Made by a program: the position numbers and the translations under genes | Assembly (NCBI GenBank): GCA_965249575.1 | Contig: OZ252244.1 | Span: 1,824,001 to 1,888,000 of the forward strand | Reading direction: 5' to 3' | DNA from: Gemmatimonadales bacterium | Lineage (GTDB): Bacteria; Gemmatimonadota; Gemmatimonadetes; Gemmatimonadales; GWC2-71-9 | Length of the DNA: 64,000 bases | Shown here: one piece after another, positions 8,263 to 19,665 of the stretch | How the letters are laid out: each line of letters starts with the position of its first letter | Numbering within the stretch: the first letter of the stretch is position 1 | The notes under the pieces: model-generated | Told to the model about the DNA's origin: nothing | Databases searched by the model: none | What the model saw: only the letters and a program-made list of their open reading frames with translations

Positions 8263-10459
8263 ATGCCGCAGGCGAGCCGGAAGGAAACTGGAAAGTGGGT
8301 TCGCGTCGTCGTCGGATTCGGGGCCGTGTGTTTTCTCGGGCTTTCCGTTGCCGGCCTCACCGACCCCGCTCTGCATCAGAGCGCCCTCGCCGTCGAGTTC
8401 CTCGTTCTGGTCGCGGCGACGATCTTTGCGCGAAAATTCGGCATTGCCCTGCCTGGCAAAGGCTTCGCGTCGTTCACGCTCGGAGTGGTCCTCTTCGCGA
8501 TGCTTCACCAGGGGTGGCAGATCGCGTTGTGGGTGGCCGCGATGGGCGTGACTGTTGGGGAACATCGTGCTCCGCCGTCTGCGAGTTCCAGATGCGTTGG
8601 CGAACGGCAGCCACGCGGGATTCGCAACGGGCATCGCCGGAACATTGTACGCCCTCACCGGTGGGTGGACAGGCTCCGACGCGCTCACCGAAGAGAACTT
8701 CGTTCCCCTCTCACTCGCCGTGCTACTGCTACCCGCCATTTCCAACCTGACCTACTACCTCGAGACGTCAGCACACGGCGTCAGCCGGATTGTCAGCGAC
8801 GCCCGCTCCCGCTCGCTCGCCTGGGTAGATGCGCAGTTCACGATGCGGTGGGAGGTGGTCGTATTCGGAACGTCCGCGGGGTTCGCGCTCGCGTGGTTGG
8901 CGCTTCTCACGTCAGGCCTGACGCCTCTACCGACTGTGGTGATTTCGGCGGTTCTGCTCGGCGCGACGGTGGTCGCGCACGACGTCATTCAAACGGGGGT
9001 CAAGGCCGCCGAGCTGAGGCTGGTGCACGGCCTCGCGGGCGCGGTGGCGGCGGAAGTGAGCATCGAACGAAGCTTTGAGAGGATTCGGATGCTCACGCGG
9101 CGCCTCCTCCCCTGGGAGCAGATGGGATTCGCCCGTTATGACGCAGGCGGCAACGAGATGGAGTTGTTGGCCGATACGGCTGGTGAGGCCGCCGACCGGT
9201 TCGACACGCGTGGAGGTGACGCGGCCTTGGCAATACGCCGGGGTGGGCCGGTGGTCTCCAGCTATACCAACGGATCGCCAGACGCGGGAACCGACGACCG
9301 GCACGGCGGATCGGAGATTCTGGTGCCTCTCTATCAGGGCGGCAATCTGGTCGGCCTGTGGAGCGTGCGCCATTCAGACCCATCCATCTATCGGGAGTCC
9401 GATGGGGATCTCTTGAACCTGATGGCTCCACAGCTCGCGCTGTCCCTGTCGTTGAGCGCGTTGCTGGCCCCACTGGCCGAGACCTCGAAGCGCACAGCGT
9501 CGTACGTGCACCAGCTGACCGCGGCCAGCGCCGACATCCGCCGTTCCTCGGAAGACGTCGTCGCCACTGCGACGCGCGCGGAGAAGGAGGGGTCGACGGC
9601 AGCGGATGGCGTGGAATCGGCGGTAACCGCGTTGAGCCAGCTACTCGAATCGATCAACGAGGCGACGGAGGCGGCGACCGAGACGCAGGAGACCACTGGC
9701 GCAATGGGGCGGACGGCAGCCGACTTGCGCGATGCGACCGTGAAGACGGTCGATCAGGTCAACCAACTGAGCGTGGCGGTCGAAGAAGGCGCCTCGGAGG
9801 TGGGGCACCTCCGCGACGCCTCCAAGGAGGTCGAACTGTTCGCCGAAACCATCGCAGCCATCGCCGGACAAACCAATCTTCTCGCCCTCAACGCGACCAT
9901 CGAGGCCGCCCGGGCCGGGGCCCACGGCCGGGGATTCGGCGTCGTCGCCGACGAGGTTCGAAAGCTCGCCGAAGAGAGCGCCCAGGCCGCCGCAAGCATG
10001 GGCCGCAGCGCCCAGGCGACGCGCGCGGTGCTGGATCGGGCCGCCCGGATCCTCGAGGGGCTTGCGAGCCACTTGAGCGACCTGGCAGAGTCCACGTCGA
10101 AATGGCGAGCCGAACTCACCGCGATGGTCGATACGGCGGAGCGGACCCGCTGGGTCGTGGACCGCATGTCGCAGATTCCCGTCGCGAACCTCGAAACGGC
10201 TAGCGCGGTCAACGAAATCCTGGCCAAGGCCCGGGACGCCGCGACCACCTCGGCACGCGAGGCAATGGCGGTGGCTGAGGCTACCGGCGCTCAGCGCCAC
10301 GCCATCGAGCATCTGACCCGCGGTGCGGCCGAGGTGTCGCGCCTCGCCGATCGGCTGGCGGAGGGTTCCCGGTTCATCGAGGGGGTCCGGGAGAAGCCCG
10401 AACGTGACGAGGGACACGGCGAGGGACCTGAACCGCAGGCCACCGTGAGTCAAGATTGA
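8263..10459 (+). CDS. Multi-TM, GAF-containing methyl-accepting chemotaxis-like protein (frameshift at ~8557-8560)
   Basis: [38 protein letters not shown] signalling motif; GAF-like SEILVPL...VGLWSV. Removing one G from GGGG joins the 8254 and 8555 ORFs. Confidence 0.85.
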
Positions 10460-10533
10460 CGATTAACTCACCGATGTTAGTCGTTGTGGGAAAGGGACAT
10501 CCGGGTCGCCAGCTCGAAAGGACAGCAACGGCA

Positions 10534-12126
10534 ATGCCTAGCGCTACTACGGCTTACGGGTACCTGCACCGATTCCCGCGACTCGCGCACCCTTCGGCCC
10601 TGGCGTGGGTCTGCCTGCTCCTGGTCCAGCCTGCTGCGGCTCAGACCGGGTCGAAGGGCCAGGTCGAGCTGGGCGCATACGGCACCGTCACCGCGTATGA
10701 CGGAACAACCCTGGGACTGAACCAGGACCGGGGAGCCGGGGGACGGCTTGGAGTGTTCGCTACCCGCGTGGTCTCGTTGGAAGCCAGCGGGGACTACACG
10801 ATTGCCCAGCTTGCGGCCACCGGTGAGGAGGTCAACCTCGCTCGGTTGGGCGGCACGCTCTACGCGAACGCGCAGATCCTGGGATCGACCGCCCTCTATC
10901 TCGGCGCCGGATACGAGCGGACCTATTACCGCGGAGCCTACGACACCGAGGACTCAGGCGGCCATCTGATCTTCGGTGCCAGGATGCCCCTCGGCGGCAG
11001 GGCCGCCCTACGGGCGGAAGCGCGGGGCTCGTACGTCCCGAGCTCGACGGTGCCTGGCGCCACCACCAACGCATTCAACTTCGGCGGGGCGCTCGGCGTT
11101 TCGATCTTTGCCTTCGGTGGCCCCAAGCGCGACACCGACCAAGATGGCGTTCAGGACAAGAACGACGAATGCCCCGGTACCCCCTTCGGAGCCCTGGTTG
11201 ATCAGACTGGCTGCCCCACCGACGAGGATCAGGACCGCGTGTTCGACGGTTTGGACCAGTGCCCCGGTACGCCACTGGGCGCGACGGTCGATCCGGTAGG
11301 GTGTCCCACCGACAGCGATGCGGACGGCGTACTCGACGGCATCGACGTATGCCCCGAGACCCCCGCGGGCGCGTTGGTAGACGCGAACGGATGTCCCTCG
11401 GACAGTGACGGAGACCGCGTGTTCGACGGACTGGATCAATGCCCGGACACGCCGCTTGGCGCCACGGTCGATGCGGTGGGGTGCCCGATCGACACCGATG
11501 GAGACAGCGTTTTCGACGGCATCGACATGTGCCCGGACACGCCGCCCGACACGATGGTCGACGAGCGGGGCTGCCCGGCGGACGCCGATGGTGACGGCGT
11601 GACCGACGCCTTGGACCAGTGTCCCGACACCCCGCGGGGAACAGCCGTCGACGAGGTTGGTTGCCGCGCCGACGCCGATGGTGACGGCGTGCACGACCTG
11701 GCCGATCGCTGTCCCAACACGACTCCGGGCCAGCGGGTCGATGCGGTGGGGTGCCCGGTCTTGTTCGAGATCGTCGAGGGTCAGGCCCGACCTCTCGTGC
11801 TGAAGGGCGTCAACTTCCAGGTCGGCCGGTCGGCTCTCACGCCCGAGTCTTAGGGCATTCTCGAGGAGGTTGCCGGATCCTTGGTCGCGAACCCCGAGGT
11901 GAGAATCGAGATTTCGGGACACACCGACTCCACCGGATCCAGGCGGCTGAACATGCGCCTATCCTTGGCCCGCGCGCAGGCCGTCCGGGCCTTCCTCGCC
12001 CAGCAGGGTGTCGACCCGTCACGAATGGTCGCGGAGGGATACGGACCCGACCGGCCCATCGCACCCAACACGACGCGCGCTGGACGAGCCGAGAACCGCC
12101 GCGTAGAGTTAAGCCCACTGCAGTAG
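10534..12126 (+). CDS. OmpA-family outer membrane protein (beta-barrel, TSP3 repeats, peptidoglycan-binding domain) with an in-frame TAG at 11851-11853
   Basis: Signal peptide ending AAA-Q; barrel strands; DxDxDGVxDxxDxCP repeats; LKGVNF...(TAG)GILEEVA...IEISGHTD...NRRVE continues in the same frame. Start is uncertain. Confidence 0.88.
11131..11760 (+). repeat. Seven tandem 90-bp (30-aa) thrombospondin type-3 Ca-binding repeats
   Basis: Units start at 11131, 11221, 11311, 11401, 11491, 11581 and 11671, each DxDxDxVxDxxDxCPxTxxxxxVDxxGC. Confidence 0.9.
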
Positions 12127-12131
12127 CGCGC

Positions 12132-12157
12132 AGCCCGGCGGCTCACGCCGCCGGGCT
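12132..12157 (+). terminator. GC-rich hairpin after ompA (terminator or stabiliser)
   Basis: AGCCCGGCGGC-TCAC-GCCGCCGGGCT, perfect 11-bp stem; no U-tract. Confidence 0.45.
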
Positions 12158-12194
12158 CCGCAACATCGTTCGCCGCTAACTCCGAGGTGTAGTA

Positions 12195-14564
12195 GTGCAC
12201 CGTCGAGCAGCGTTCGTGGCTGCGCTCTTGGCGTCTCCGCTCGGTCTCTCCGCCGCCATCGCGGCGGCGCAGCAGGCGCCCCCACCTCCCCCAGCTCCCG
12301 CGTCGGTGCTGGGCTTTGCACCTGGTGCCGACCGGAAGCTCGTGGAGTGGCCGGTCTTGGTGGAGTACTACCAACAGCTCGCGCGCGCCAGCGATCGGGT
12401 CGAGTACCGGGAGCTTGGAAAGACGACCTTGGGCGCGCCGTTCGTATCCTTGATCGTCTCCAGCGCCCGAAACATGGCGCAGCTCGACGAGATCAGGGCG
12501 ATGAACGGGAAGCTCGCGGACCCCCGAACGCTGGGCTCGGATCAGGAGCGTGCGCGATTGCTCGGCGACGCGAAAGCGATCGTGCTCATCACCTCGAGCA
12601 TTCATTCGACCGAGGTCGGGACGCACCTCGCCCCGGCCGTCATCGCGCATCGACTCGCCGGGACCACCGAGCCCGACCTGCTCGAGGTCCTCGACAAGAC
12701 GGTTCTCCTACTCGTCCCGTCACTCAACCCCGACGGCATAACCATCGTCGCGGGTTGGTACAACCAAACGCTCGGAACGTCGAGCGAGGGCACCACGCCC
12801 CCCGAGCTGTATCATCACTACGTCGGACACGACAACAACCGGGACTGGTACGCGTTCACCCAGGTCGAGACGCAGCTTACCATCGACAGCATGCACAACG
12901 CGTGGCACCCGCAGATCGTCCACGACATCCACCAACAGGGTTCCACCGGGAGCCGGTTTTTCCTTCCGCCGTTCATGGATCCCGTCGAGCCCAACGTCGA
13001 CCCTCTCATCGTGCAGGGGTTCAACTCCCTCGGCACCTACATGGCGTGGGAGCTGGCGGGCCAGGGGAAGAAGGGCATCGTCGTCAACTCGACATACGAC
13101 GCGTGGACGCCGGCCAGGGCCTATCAGCACTACCATGCGGGCGTCCGCATCCTGTCGGAAACGGCGTCCGCTCGGTTGGCGACGCCGATCGACCTAGAGC
13201 TAAGCGACATCAATACCGGCGGCCGCGGGTTCAACCCGCGCGAGTCGAGCTGGAACTACGCCGATCCGTGGCTCGGTGGCCGGTGGGGTATGGCCAACAT
13301 CCTCGATTACCAGGTGTCGGGCGCGCTCGCGCTGCTGAAGCACGCAGCCGCCAACCGGAAACTGTGGCTCCACAACTTCTTGAAGATCGGCGAGCGGGCG
13401 GTGAAGGGATGGGAAGAATGGCCGTACGCTTTCGTCATTCCGGCGGTCGACCGGGACACGCCCGGCTTGAACACGGTACTTGGCATTTTGGTTCGAGGCG
13501 ACGTCGAGGTTCGCACGGCGTTGAGCGAGTTCACGGCGGGCGGGCGGCGGTTTGCACCGGGCACGTACGTCGTGCCGCTTAGACAGCCCTACGGTTCGTT
13601 CGCCAAGGCGTTGCTCGAGCGACAGGACTACCCGGACTTGCGCCAATATCCTGGGGGCCCGCCGCGCGCTCCCTATGACGTAACCGCCCACACGCTGCCG
13701 CTGCTCATGGGCATCGAAGCGTATGCTGTCACCGACAGCTTGACGGTGCCGCTCTCCGAGCCAGTCTCCTCGGGGGAGCCGGAGTACGCGTATGCCGGGC
13801 TCAGCGGGAAGGGCGGAGGCGGCACTGCGGCGAGAGCGCCCCGAGTGGGTCTTTATCGCAGTTACACGGGCGCGATGGACGAGGGATGGACGCGCTGGAT
13901 TCTCGACGCCTGGCGAGTACCGCACAGGTCGCTCGTCGATTCGGACATACGGGGCGGCGACCTGAAGTCCAAGCTCGACGTAATCGTCATTCCGGACGCG
14001 TCCGAAAGCGCGATTCGCGACGGCCTTTCGGCCGATAGCTATCCGGCCGAGTACGCGGGCGGCCTGGGCGATCGCGGCGTGGCGGCACTCACCGAGTTCG
14101 TGCGGGGTGGTGGAACGCTAGTCGCCTTGAACAACGCGGCGCACTTCGCGATTGGCGCCTTCGATCTTCCCATTCGGAACACGGTAGAGGGACTCGACAA
14201 CCAGGAGTTCTATGCGCCCGGCAGCATCTTCCGTCTCATGCTGGACACCACGCATGCGATCGCGCGCGGGCTGCCCAGCCGGAGCGTCGCGTGGTACCAG
14301 CGAGGGCCGGTGTTCGAAGTCATCGACCCGAGTGCCGCGCGCGTGGTCGGGAGCTACCCCGAAGACCCGTCCACCATTCTGTTGTCCGGTTGGGTACTCA
14401 ACCCCGAGCGGATAGCCGGCGGAGGGGCTCTAGTGGAAGCCCCAGTCGGTCGCGGTCGCGTGGTCCTGTTCGGCTTCCGCCCGCAATACCGCGGGCAGTC
14501 GATCGCCACCTTCCCACTGCTCTTCAATGCGCTTCTGTTGGGCCATGAACCGCGTACCGACTGA
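12195..14564 (+). CDS. Secreted M14 zinc carboxypeptidase family protein
   Basis: Signal peptide; IHSTE (HxxE), DNNRD, DIHQQG; C-terminal GATase-like MDEGWTRW region. Confidence 0.88.
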   Translation: MHRRAAFVAALLASPLGLSAAIAAAQQAPPPPPAPASVLGFAPGADRKLVEWPVLVEYYQQLARASDRVEYRELGKTTLGAPFVSLIVSSARNMAQLDEIRAMNGKLADPRTLGSDQERARLLGDAKAIVLITSSIHSTEVGTHLAPAVIAHRLAGTTEPDLLEVLDKTVLLLVPSLNPDGITIVAGWYNQTLGTSSEGTTPPELYHHYVGHDNNRDWYAFTQVETQLTIDSMHNAWHPQIVHDIHQQGSTGSRFFLPPFMDPVEPNVDPLIVQGFNSLGTYMAWELAGQGKKGIVVNSTYDAWTPARAYQHYHAGVRILSETASARLATPIDLELSDINTGGRGFNPRESSWNYADPWLGGRWGMANILDYQVSGALALLKHAAANRKLWLHNFLKIGERAVKGWEEWPYAFVIPAVDRDTPGLNTVLGILVRGDVEVRTALSEFTAGGRRFAPGTYVVPLRQPYGSFAKALLERQDYPDLRQYPGGPPRAPYDVTAHTLPLLMGIEAYAVTDSLTVPLSEPVSSGEPEYAYAGLSGKGGGGTAARAPRVGLYRSYTGAMDEGWTRWILDAWRVPHRSLVDSDIRGGDLKSKLDVIVIPDASESAIRDGLSADSYPAEYAGGLGDRGVAALTEFVRGGGTLVALNNAAHFAIGAFDLPIRNTVEGLDNQEFYAPGSIFRLMLDTTHAIARGLPSRSVAWYQRGPVFEVIDPSAARVVGSYPEDPSTILLSGWVLNPERIAGGGALVEAPVGRGRVVLFGFRPQYRGQSIATFPLLFNALLLGHEPRTD

Positions 14565-15798
14565 CGCACGCTGCGCGGTGACCATCGCCCTCGTGGTGGG
14601 CCTGACGCTCTCCGGGGCGCGGGCGGTGCTCGCACAGAATGGGGGAAGCGGGAGCTGGCCCGATGGGAGCTACCGCAGCGGCCGGACTCCCGACTATTGG
14701 AGCGAGATCGCACCGTTCTCGATGCAGGGAGTGAATCTCCCGCCGCCGCCGCCGGGGGAGGCGCCCGCCGTGGTGCGCGGACTCTACCTCAACGCGTGGG
14801 TGTTTGGGTCCAAACGTTTCTACGATCTGTTGGAGCTTGCGGACACGACCGAAGTCAACGCGTTCGTGATCGACGTGAAGGACGGAACCGGGTACGTGAC
14901 GTTCTACTCCAACGTGCCTACCGCCGTGGCCATCGGCGCGAACGAGTTCGTGCGGGCGAGAGATACGCGCAAACGTCTCGCGCTGCTCCACGAGCGTGGT
15001 ATCCACCCGATCGCACGAATCGTCGTGGCGAAGGATCCACTCCTCGCGAAGCGAAAGCCCGAGTGGGCCGTGCAGCACGCCAAGGGCGGCTTGTGGCTCG
15101 ACCGGCAAGAGACGGCCTGGGTGGACGCCTTTCGGGACTCGGTGTGGGCGTACGCGGCGGACATAGCCGGCGAAGCGGTGCTAATGGGTTTCCGTGAAAT
15201 TCAGTTCGACTACGTGCGGTTTCCCGACGAGCCGCGCGAGCTGATGATCGACGCGGTCTACCCTGCCCGGCGCGGCCGCGAAGCGCAGCACGCGGCCATC
15301 AAGCGCAACGTCACCATGCTGCGCGACCGGGTCGCGGCGCTCGGTGTGCCGTTCACGATCGACGTTTTCGGGTTGACCACCAGCGCGACGAACGACGTCG
15401 GCGTCGGCCAGCGCTGGGAGGACCTAGTGCAGATCGTCGACGTCATTCTCCCGATGGTTTACCCGTCCCATTATCATCGCGGTTCGTACGGATACCCTCG
15501 GCCGAACGCCGAGCCGTACAACGTGGTCCGCCGCGCGCTCGAGCACGGGATCCGGCGGCGGGAACAGGTCGGTGGACGGGCAGGCATCAGGCCATATCTG
15601 CAAGCGTTCACGCTCGGGAGGCCGCGGTATACACACCATGAAGTCAGGGAGCAAATCCGGGCGGTCGAGGATCTCGGTCTGACGGACTGGATTCTGTGGA
15701 ACGCGCGGGGCGTGTACCCCAGGGGCGCGCTGCGCCCCTCCCAACCTTCTCCCCGCTTTCAAGCGCGTATAATGACCGGCGGCGGCTTCTCCCCCTAG
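14545..15798 (+). CDS. Putative glycoside hydrolase (DUF4015-like TIM barrel)
   Basis: VRGLYL, NAFVIDVKD, GFREIQFDYVRFPD and PMVYPSHY motifs; signal peptide. Confidence 0.8.
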   Translation: MNRVPTDARCAVTIALVVGLTLSGARAVLAQNGGSGSWPDGSYRSGRTPDYWSEIAPFSMQGVNLPPPPPGEAPAVVRGLYLNAWVFGSKRFYDLLELADTTEVNAFVIDVKDGTGYVTFYSNVPTAVAIGANEFVRARDTRKRLALLHERGIHPIARIVVAKDPLLAKRKPEWAVQHAKGGLWLDRQETAWVDAFRDSVWAYAADIAGEAVLMGFREIQFDYVRFPDEPRELMIDAVYPARRGREAQHAAIKRNVTMLRDRVAALGVPFTIDVFGLTTSATNDVGVGQRWEDLVQIVDVILPMVYPSHYHRGSYGYPRPNAEPYNVVRRALEHGIRRREQVGGRAGIRPYLQAFTLGRPRYTHHEVREQIRAVEDLGLTDWILWNARGVYPRGALRPSQPSPRFQARIMTGGGFSP

Positions 15799-15903
15799 CA
15801 CCAGCGCCTGTTCAGCGGCGTCAGTGACCCTGGCCGTACATCCCGTTAGATTCCCCCGGCCAACACCGTCAAGTATTATCGATGTCCTCACCGAGGGGGA
15901 ACC

Positions 15904-16347
15904 GTGGCATCTAGAGAAGCCGCGATGAAGGAGCTACTCGCCGGGCTCAACGAAGACTTCGCGGCGGAGTTCACCGCCGTGATCATGTACGCGGTTTACG
16001 CGGCTCAGGTCGATGGAATTCATCGTGCCGAGCTCAAGCAGTTTTTTCAGAGCGAGATCGCGGACGAGCAGCTCCACGCTCAGCTCCTGGCCGACAAGAT
16101 CGTCGCCTTGGGCGGCGAGATTAGAACTAATCCGAACCCGGTCCCCGATGCGCGCACCAACAAGGCCAGGCTCCAGGCCGCCCATCAGGCGGAGGTCGAC
16201 ACGATCGGCCGTTACATCAAGCGGATCGAGCAGGCGGAGTCCGTTGGCGAGATCGCGCTCAAGGTGGAGCTCGAGACCCTGCTCACCGACGAGACCAAGC
16301 ATCGCGACGAGATGCAGCTCATGCTCAAGAACTACAAGGGAGACTGA
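15904..16347 (+). CDS. Ferritin-like / bacterioferritin-family protein
   Basis: Diiron motifs EFTAVIMY, DEQLH, EVDTIGRY and DETKH; GAGGGGG SD. Confidence 0.85.
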   Translation: MASREAAMKELLAGLNEDFAAEFTAVIMYAVYAAQVDGIHRAELKQFFQSEIADEQLHAQLLADKIVALGGEIRTNPNPVPDARTNKARLQAAHQAEVDTIGRYIKRIEQAESVGEIALKVELETLLTDETKHRDEMQLMLKNYKGD

Positions 16348-16430
16348 GGGGGCCCGCCGATCCGTTCTGCCGAGCTAGCCGACGAGGTCGTATTGTAGCT
16401 CGTTCTTCCGAGAGAGTGTTCCGCCTCGCC

Positions 16431-19257
16431 ATGGAGCTCCTCGCCCGCCTCAAAGCCGCCCTGTCTGACCGCTATGCCGTCGAAAGAGAGATCGGCCGCG
16501 GGGGTATGGCGGTCGTTTTCCTCGCTCGCGATCTCCGCCACGACCGGCAGGTTGCCCTCAAGGTCCTGAGCGAGGAGGTCGCCTCGGTTCTGGGAGCCAA
16601 GCGGTTTCTGGCCGAGATCGGCATCGCGGCGAGGCTCCAGCACCCACACATCCTCTCCTTGCTCGATTCCGGTGAGGTCGACGGGATCCCCTACTACGTC
16701 ATGCCGTACGTCGCGGGCGAGTCGCTGCGCCAGCGGCTCAACCGGGAAACACAGCTTCCTCTCGAGGTCGCCTTACAGATCGCGAGAGACGTCGCCGATG
16801 CGCTCGAGCACGCGCATTCGGAGGGCATCGTGCATCGCGATATCAAGCCCGAGAACATTCTGCTCTCGGGCTCGCAGGCGATCGTAGCAGACTTCGGTGT
16901 CGCTCGGGCACTGAGCGAAGCCGGCGGTGAGAGCCTCACCGACAGCGGCATCGCGATCGGCACGCCGAGGTACATGAGTCCAGAGCAGGCGGCTGGCAGC
17001 AAGCGCGTCGATGGCCGGAGCAACATCTACGCGCTGGGCTGCGTGCTCTACGAGATGCTGGCCGGCGAGCCGCCGTTCAGCGGCGCGACACCACAGGCAG
17101 TCATGGCGAAGCACGTCCACGAGCCGCCGCCGCCGCTCCGGATCGTGCGGCCCGGACTTCCCGAAGGCGTTCAGCAGGCCATCGAGCGAGCGCTGGCGAA
17201 GGTTCCGGCGGATCGATTCGAGTCTTGCGCCGACTTCCGCGACCAACTTGATGCCGGCGCGAGCCGCCCCCGTTCGAAGCGACGAACCCGATTTCAGTGG
17301 CCTCGCGTCGTGTTGATGTCCGGTCTGGGAGCGACCGTCCTTGCGTCACTCGCGACCCGCGCGCCGTTCGAATTCCTCGATCCCCACCGCGTCGTTGTGT
17401 ATCCGCTCGTCGTCTCGACCGATACCGATCGTGCCGAACGGGTGGGCGAGGGAATGGCGACCGTCATCGGCAACGCGCTCGACGGTGTCGGCTTTCTCAG
17501 ATGGCTCGACGGTTGGCGCTGGCTCGACCCCGCCGAGCGGGAGGACGTCCGGACCTTAACGGATGATAAGGCGCGCGCGATCGCCCGCGAGCGGGGTGCC
17601 GCGATGTATGTGGACGGCCGCGTCGTTCATCGGGGCGACTCATTAGAAGTCATGATGGAGCTGTATGACGTCAGGGGGGACTCTAGTATCGCTCGCGCGA
17701 GTGCCGTAGGGGCGGCCGAGGAATCGTGGCGACTCGCACTCCGCGCGGTGAGCAGCCTCTTGCCGACACTCATCCCGCCGGGACGCCAAATCGACCTCTC
17801 CTCCCTAAATGAAGTCCATCCCACGGCGGCCGCCCACTTCCTTCAGGGGGAATCCGAGTATCGACTGTCCCGGTTCGTCGACGCACTCGAGCATTACCGC
17901 GAAGCGGTTGCCGCCGATTCGACTTTCGCCCTGGCCGCGCGCCGGGGCGCGCAGGCTGCCAGCTGGAAGCTCAAGCGGGAGGAGGCGGCCCAACTCGTCG
18001 ATGTCGCACTCAACTCCCCCAACACCCTGAAGACCAGAGAGCTGTTGTTTGCCAGAGGGCTCGATGCCTACCTGGCGGCCAAGGCCGACGGCGCCGTGGA
18101 TTATTTGCGCCGCGCCTTACGCATCGATCCAGACTGGCCGGATGCTTGGATGGCATTGGGTGAGGTGTTCACGCACTTGTTGCCGCGGGAGCCCACGCCC
18201 GATTCGCAGGCGACGGCGGCGTTCGCCGAGGCCAGGCGCCTGGATCCTCAGTTCAGTCCGCCCCTGTTCCACCTGTTGGAAACCGCGATTCGACTGGGTG
18301 AAATCCAGAATGCCGAGGCGCTTTTGCGCGACTTCGAGCGAAGTGATCCGGATTCCACGATCGCCAAGCACATCGACATCATGTGGAACTGTGTAGCAGA
18401 AGGCCCCGAGAACGTTGGCTGGCGAGTTAGGGCGCAGACCATGCCTGGTGCCCTCAGCAGGCCGCCCGGTCGTTGACAGTAGGTGCATACCAACCCGCCT
18501 GCGCGGAAAAAGCTTGGCGTGCGGTACTTCAGCACGACACGGCACAGGGCGGCTTTCGGAGGTGGGGTCCGGTGCTCGGCCTCCAAAGTCTACTCGTCGC
18601 CCAGGGTCGCTACAACGACACCAGGCGGCTGCTTGACAGCGCAACGTCGGTGTGGTCATTACCGGCGGAGCCACTCTTCCTTCTCGGTGCACTCGCCGGG
18701 GGGAATTCGAGCGGGAGGCTGAGCATTGGGTACAACGGATGGGAACGGATTACGCGGATATGCCGAGTCCGTTCTTATGGATGATTGGGCTGTGGGAACA
18801 CCGCAGGGGGAACCGTGACGGATTGGAGGCCATTGGGGCCGTGTACGAGCGCCGGGCTGAAAGAGGCAGCCGGATGGATAGCGTACTGGGTTCGAGTGCC
18901 CGCGCACTCACCGCCCTCTCGAGCGGCGACACGGCCACCGCCATTGACATCCTGCAAGCAATCACACCTACCGCGCCACACCAACGTCTGATCTGGGATC
19001 CGTGGGAGTCATTGGGCCCTGAAAGGCTGTTGCTCGCGAAACTGCTGCTGAAGGATGGGTCCGCCGAAAAAGCCATGCAGGTCGCAAGCTATTTGGCATC
19101 ACCCGCGGCGCTGCCGTACGTGCACCATCTCCCGGCCAGTATCGCCGTGCGTTTGCAAGCCGCCGCACAGTTGGGGTTCGGTGCGCTGGTCGGGAGTCAG
19201 CGGAGGCGGTTGGCCACACTGAAAGGGCCGGACAGCGTCAACAGCGATAACCACTAA
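16431..19257 (+). CDS. Hanks-type Ser/Thr kinase with TM segment and C-terminal TPR-like region; split by two frameshifts (~18455, ~18700)
   Basis: GRGGMA, VALK, HRDIKPEN, DFG, GTPRYMSPE; hydrophobic segment; TPR-like helices. One added base at each site joins ORFs 16416, 18473 and 18652; the second site is a G6 run. Confidence 0.82.
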
Positions 19258-19271
19258 CCGGGGGTCGAGCA

Positions 19272-19610
19272 ATGCCAGCGCTGAGAAAATGCAAGAATGC
19301 CCAAGGTCAAGCCGTAATTCTCACTGAGGACAAGGAAAGGGAAACACCAGCGAACAAGCCGTTTCAGACTCGCCCAGGCTCAGGCCTTTTCGTGAATGCC
19401 CTTCGCTTTGCAGTGTACTACCAGTTCTACGATCTCTACTGTTGGGGTACTAACGTCAGGAAAGTGCTGGTCGTTCTCGCGAAGTGCTGCCTCAATAAGG
19501 ATGACCCCACTTGGAAGCTGGAGACGGGCGACAGGGATCTTTTGGAAAGAGTCGTACAGGGTGGCTCCGAGGACGAGTACGATCCTCCGCCTCCGCCTTG
19601 GGGAGGGTGA
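19272..19610 (+). CDS. Small hypothetical protein, 112 aa, four Cys, C-terminal EDEYDPPPPPWGG
   Basis: ORF fills the gap 14 bp after the kinase stop, in the same orientation; no family recognised. Confidence 0.55.
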   Translation: MPALRKCKNAQGQAVILTEDKERETPANKPFQTRPGSGLFVNALRFAVYYQFYDLYCWGTNVRKVLVVLAKCCLNKDDPTWKLETGDRDLLERVVQGGSEDEYDPPPPPWGG

Positions 19611-19665
19611 TCATCGGGGGTGGGCGCTGCACAAGTGAGAGCCTAGTGCACAGACTCCACGGTCT

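Noticed and set aside
11131..11760. CRISPR-like periodic repeats
   Set aside because: In-frame degenerate protein repeats with no constant repeat/unique spacer pattern and no cas genes.
11851..11853. Pyrrolysine or genome-wide TAG recoding
   Set aside because: TAG is the normal stop of several genes here (dnaE2, the selenoprotein, ompA itself at 12124-12126), and no pyl genes are in the window.
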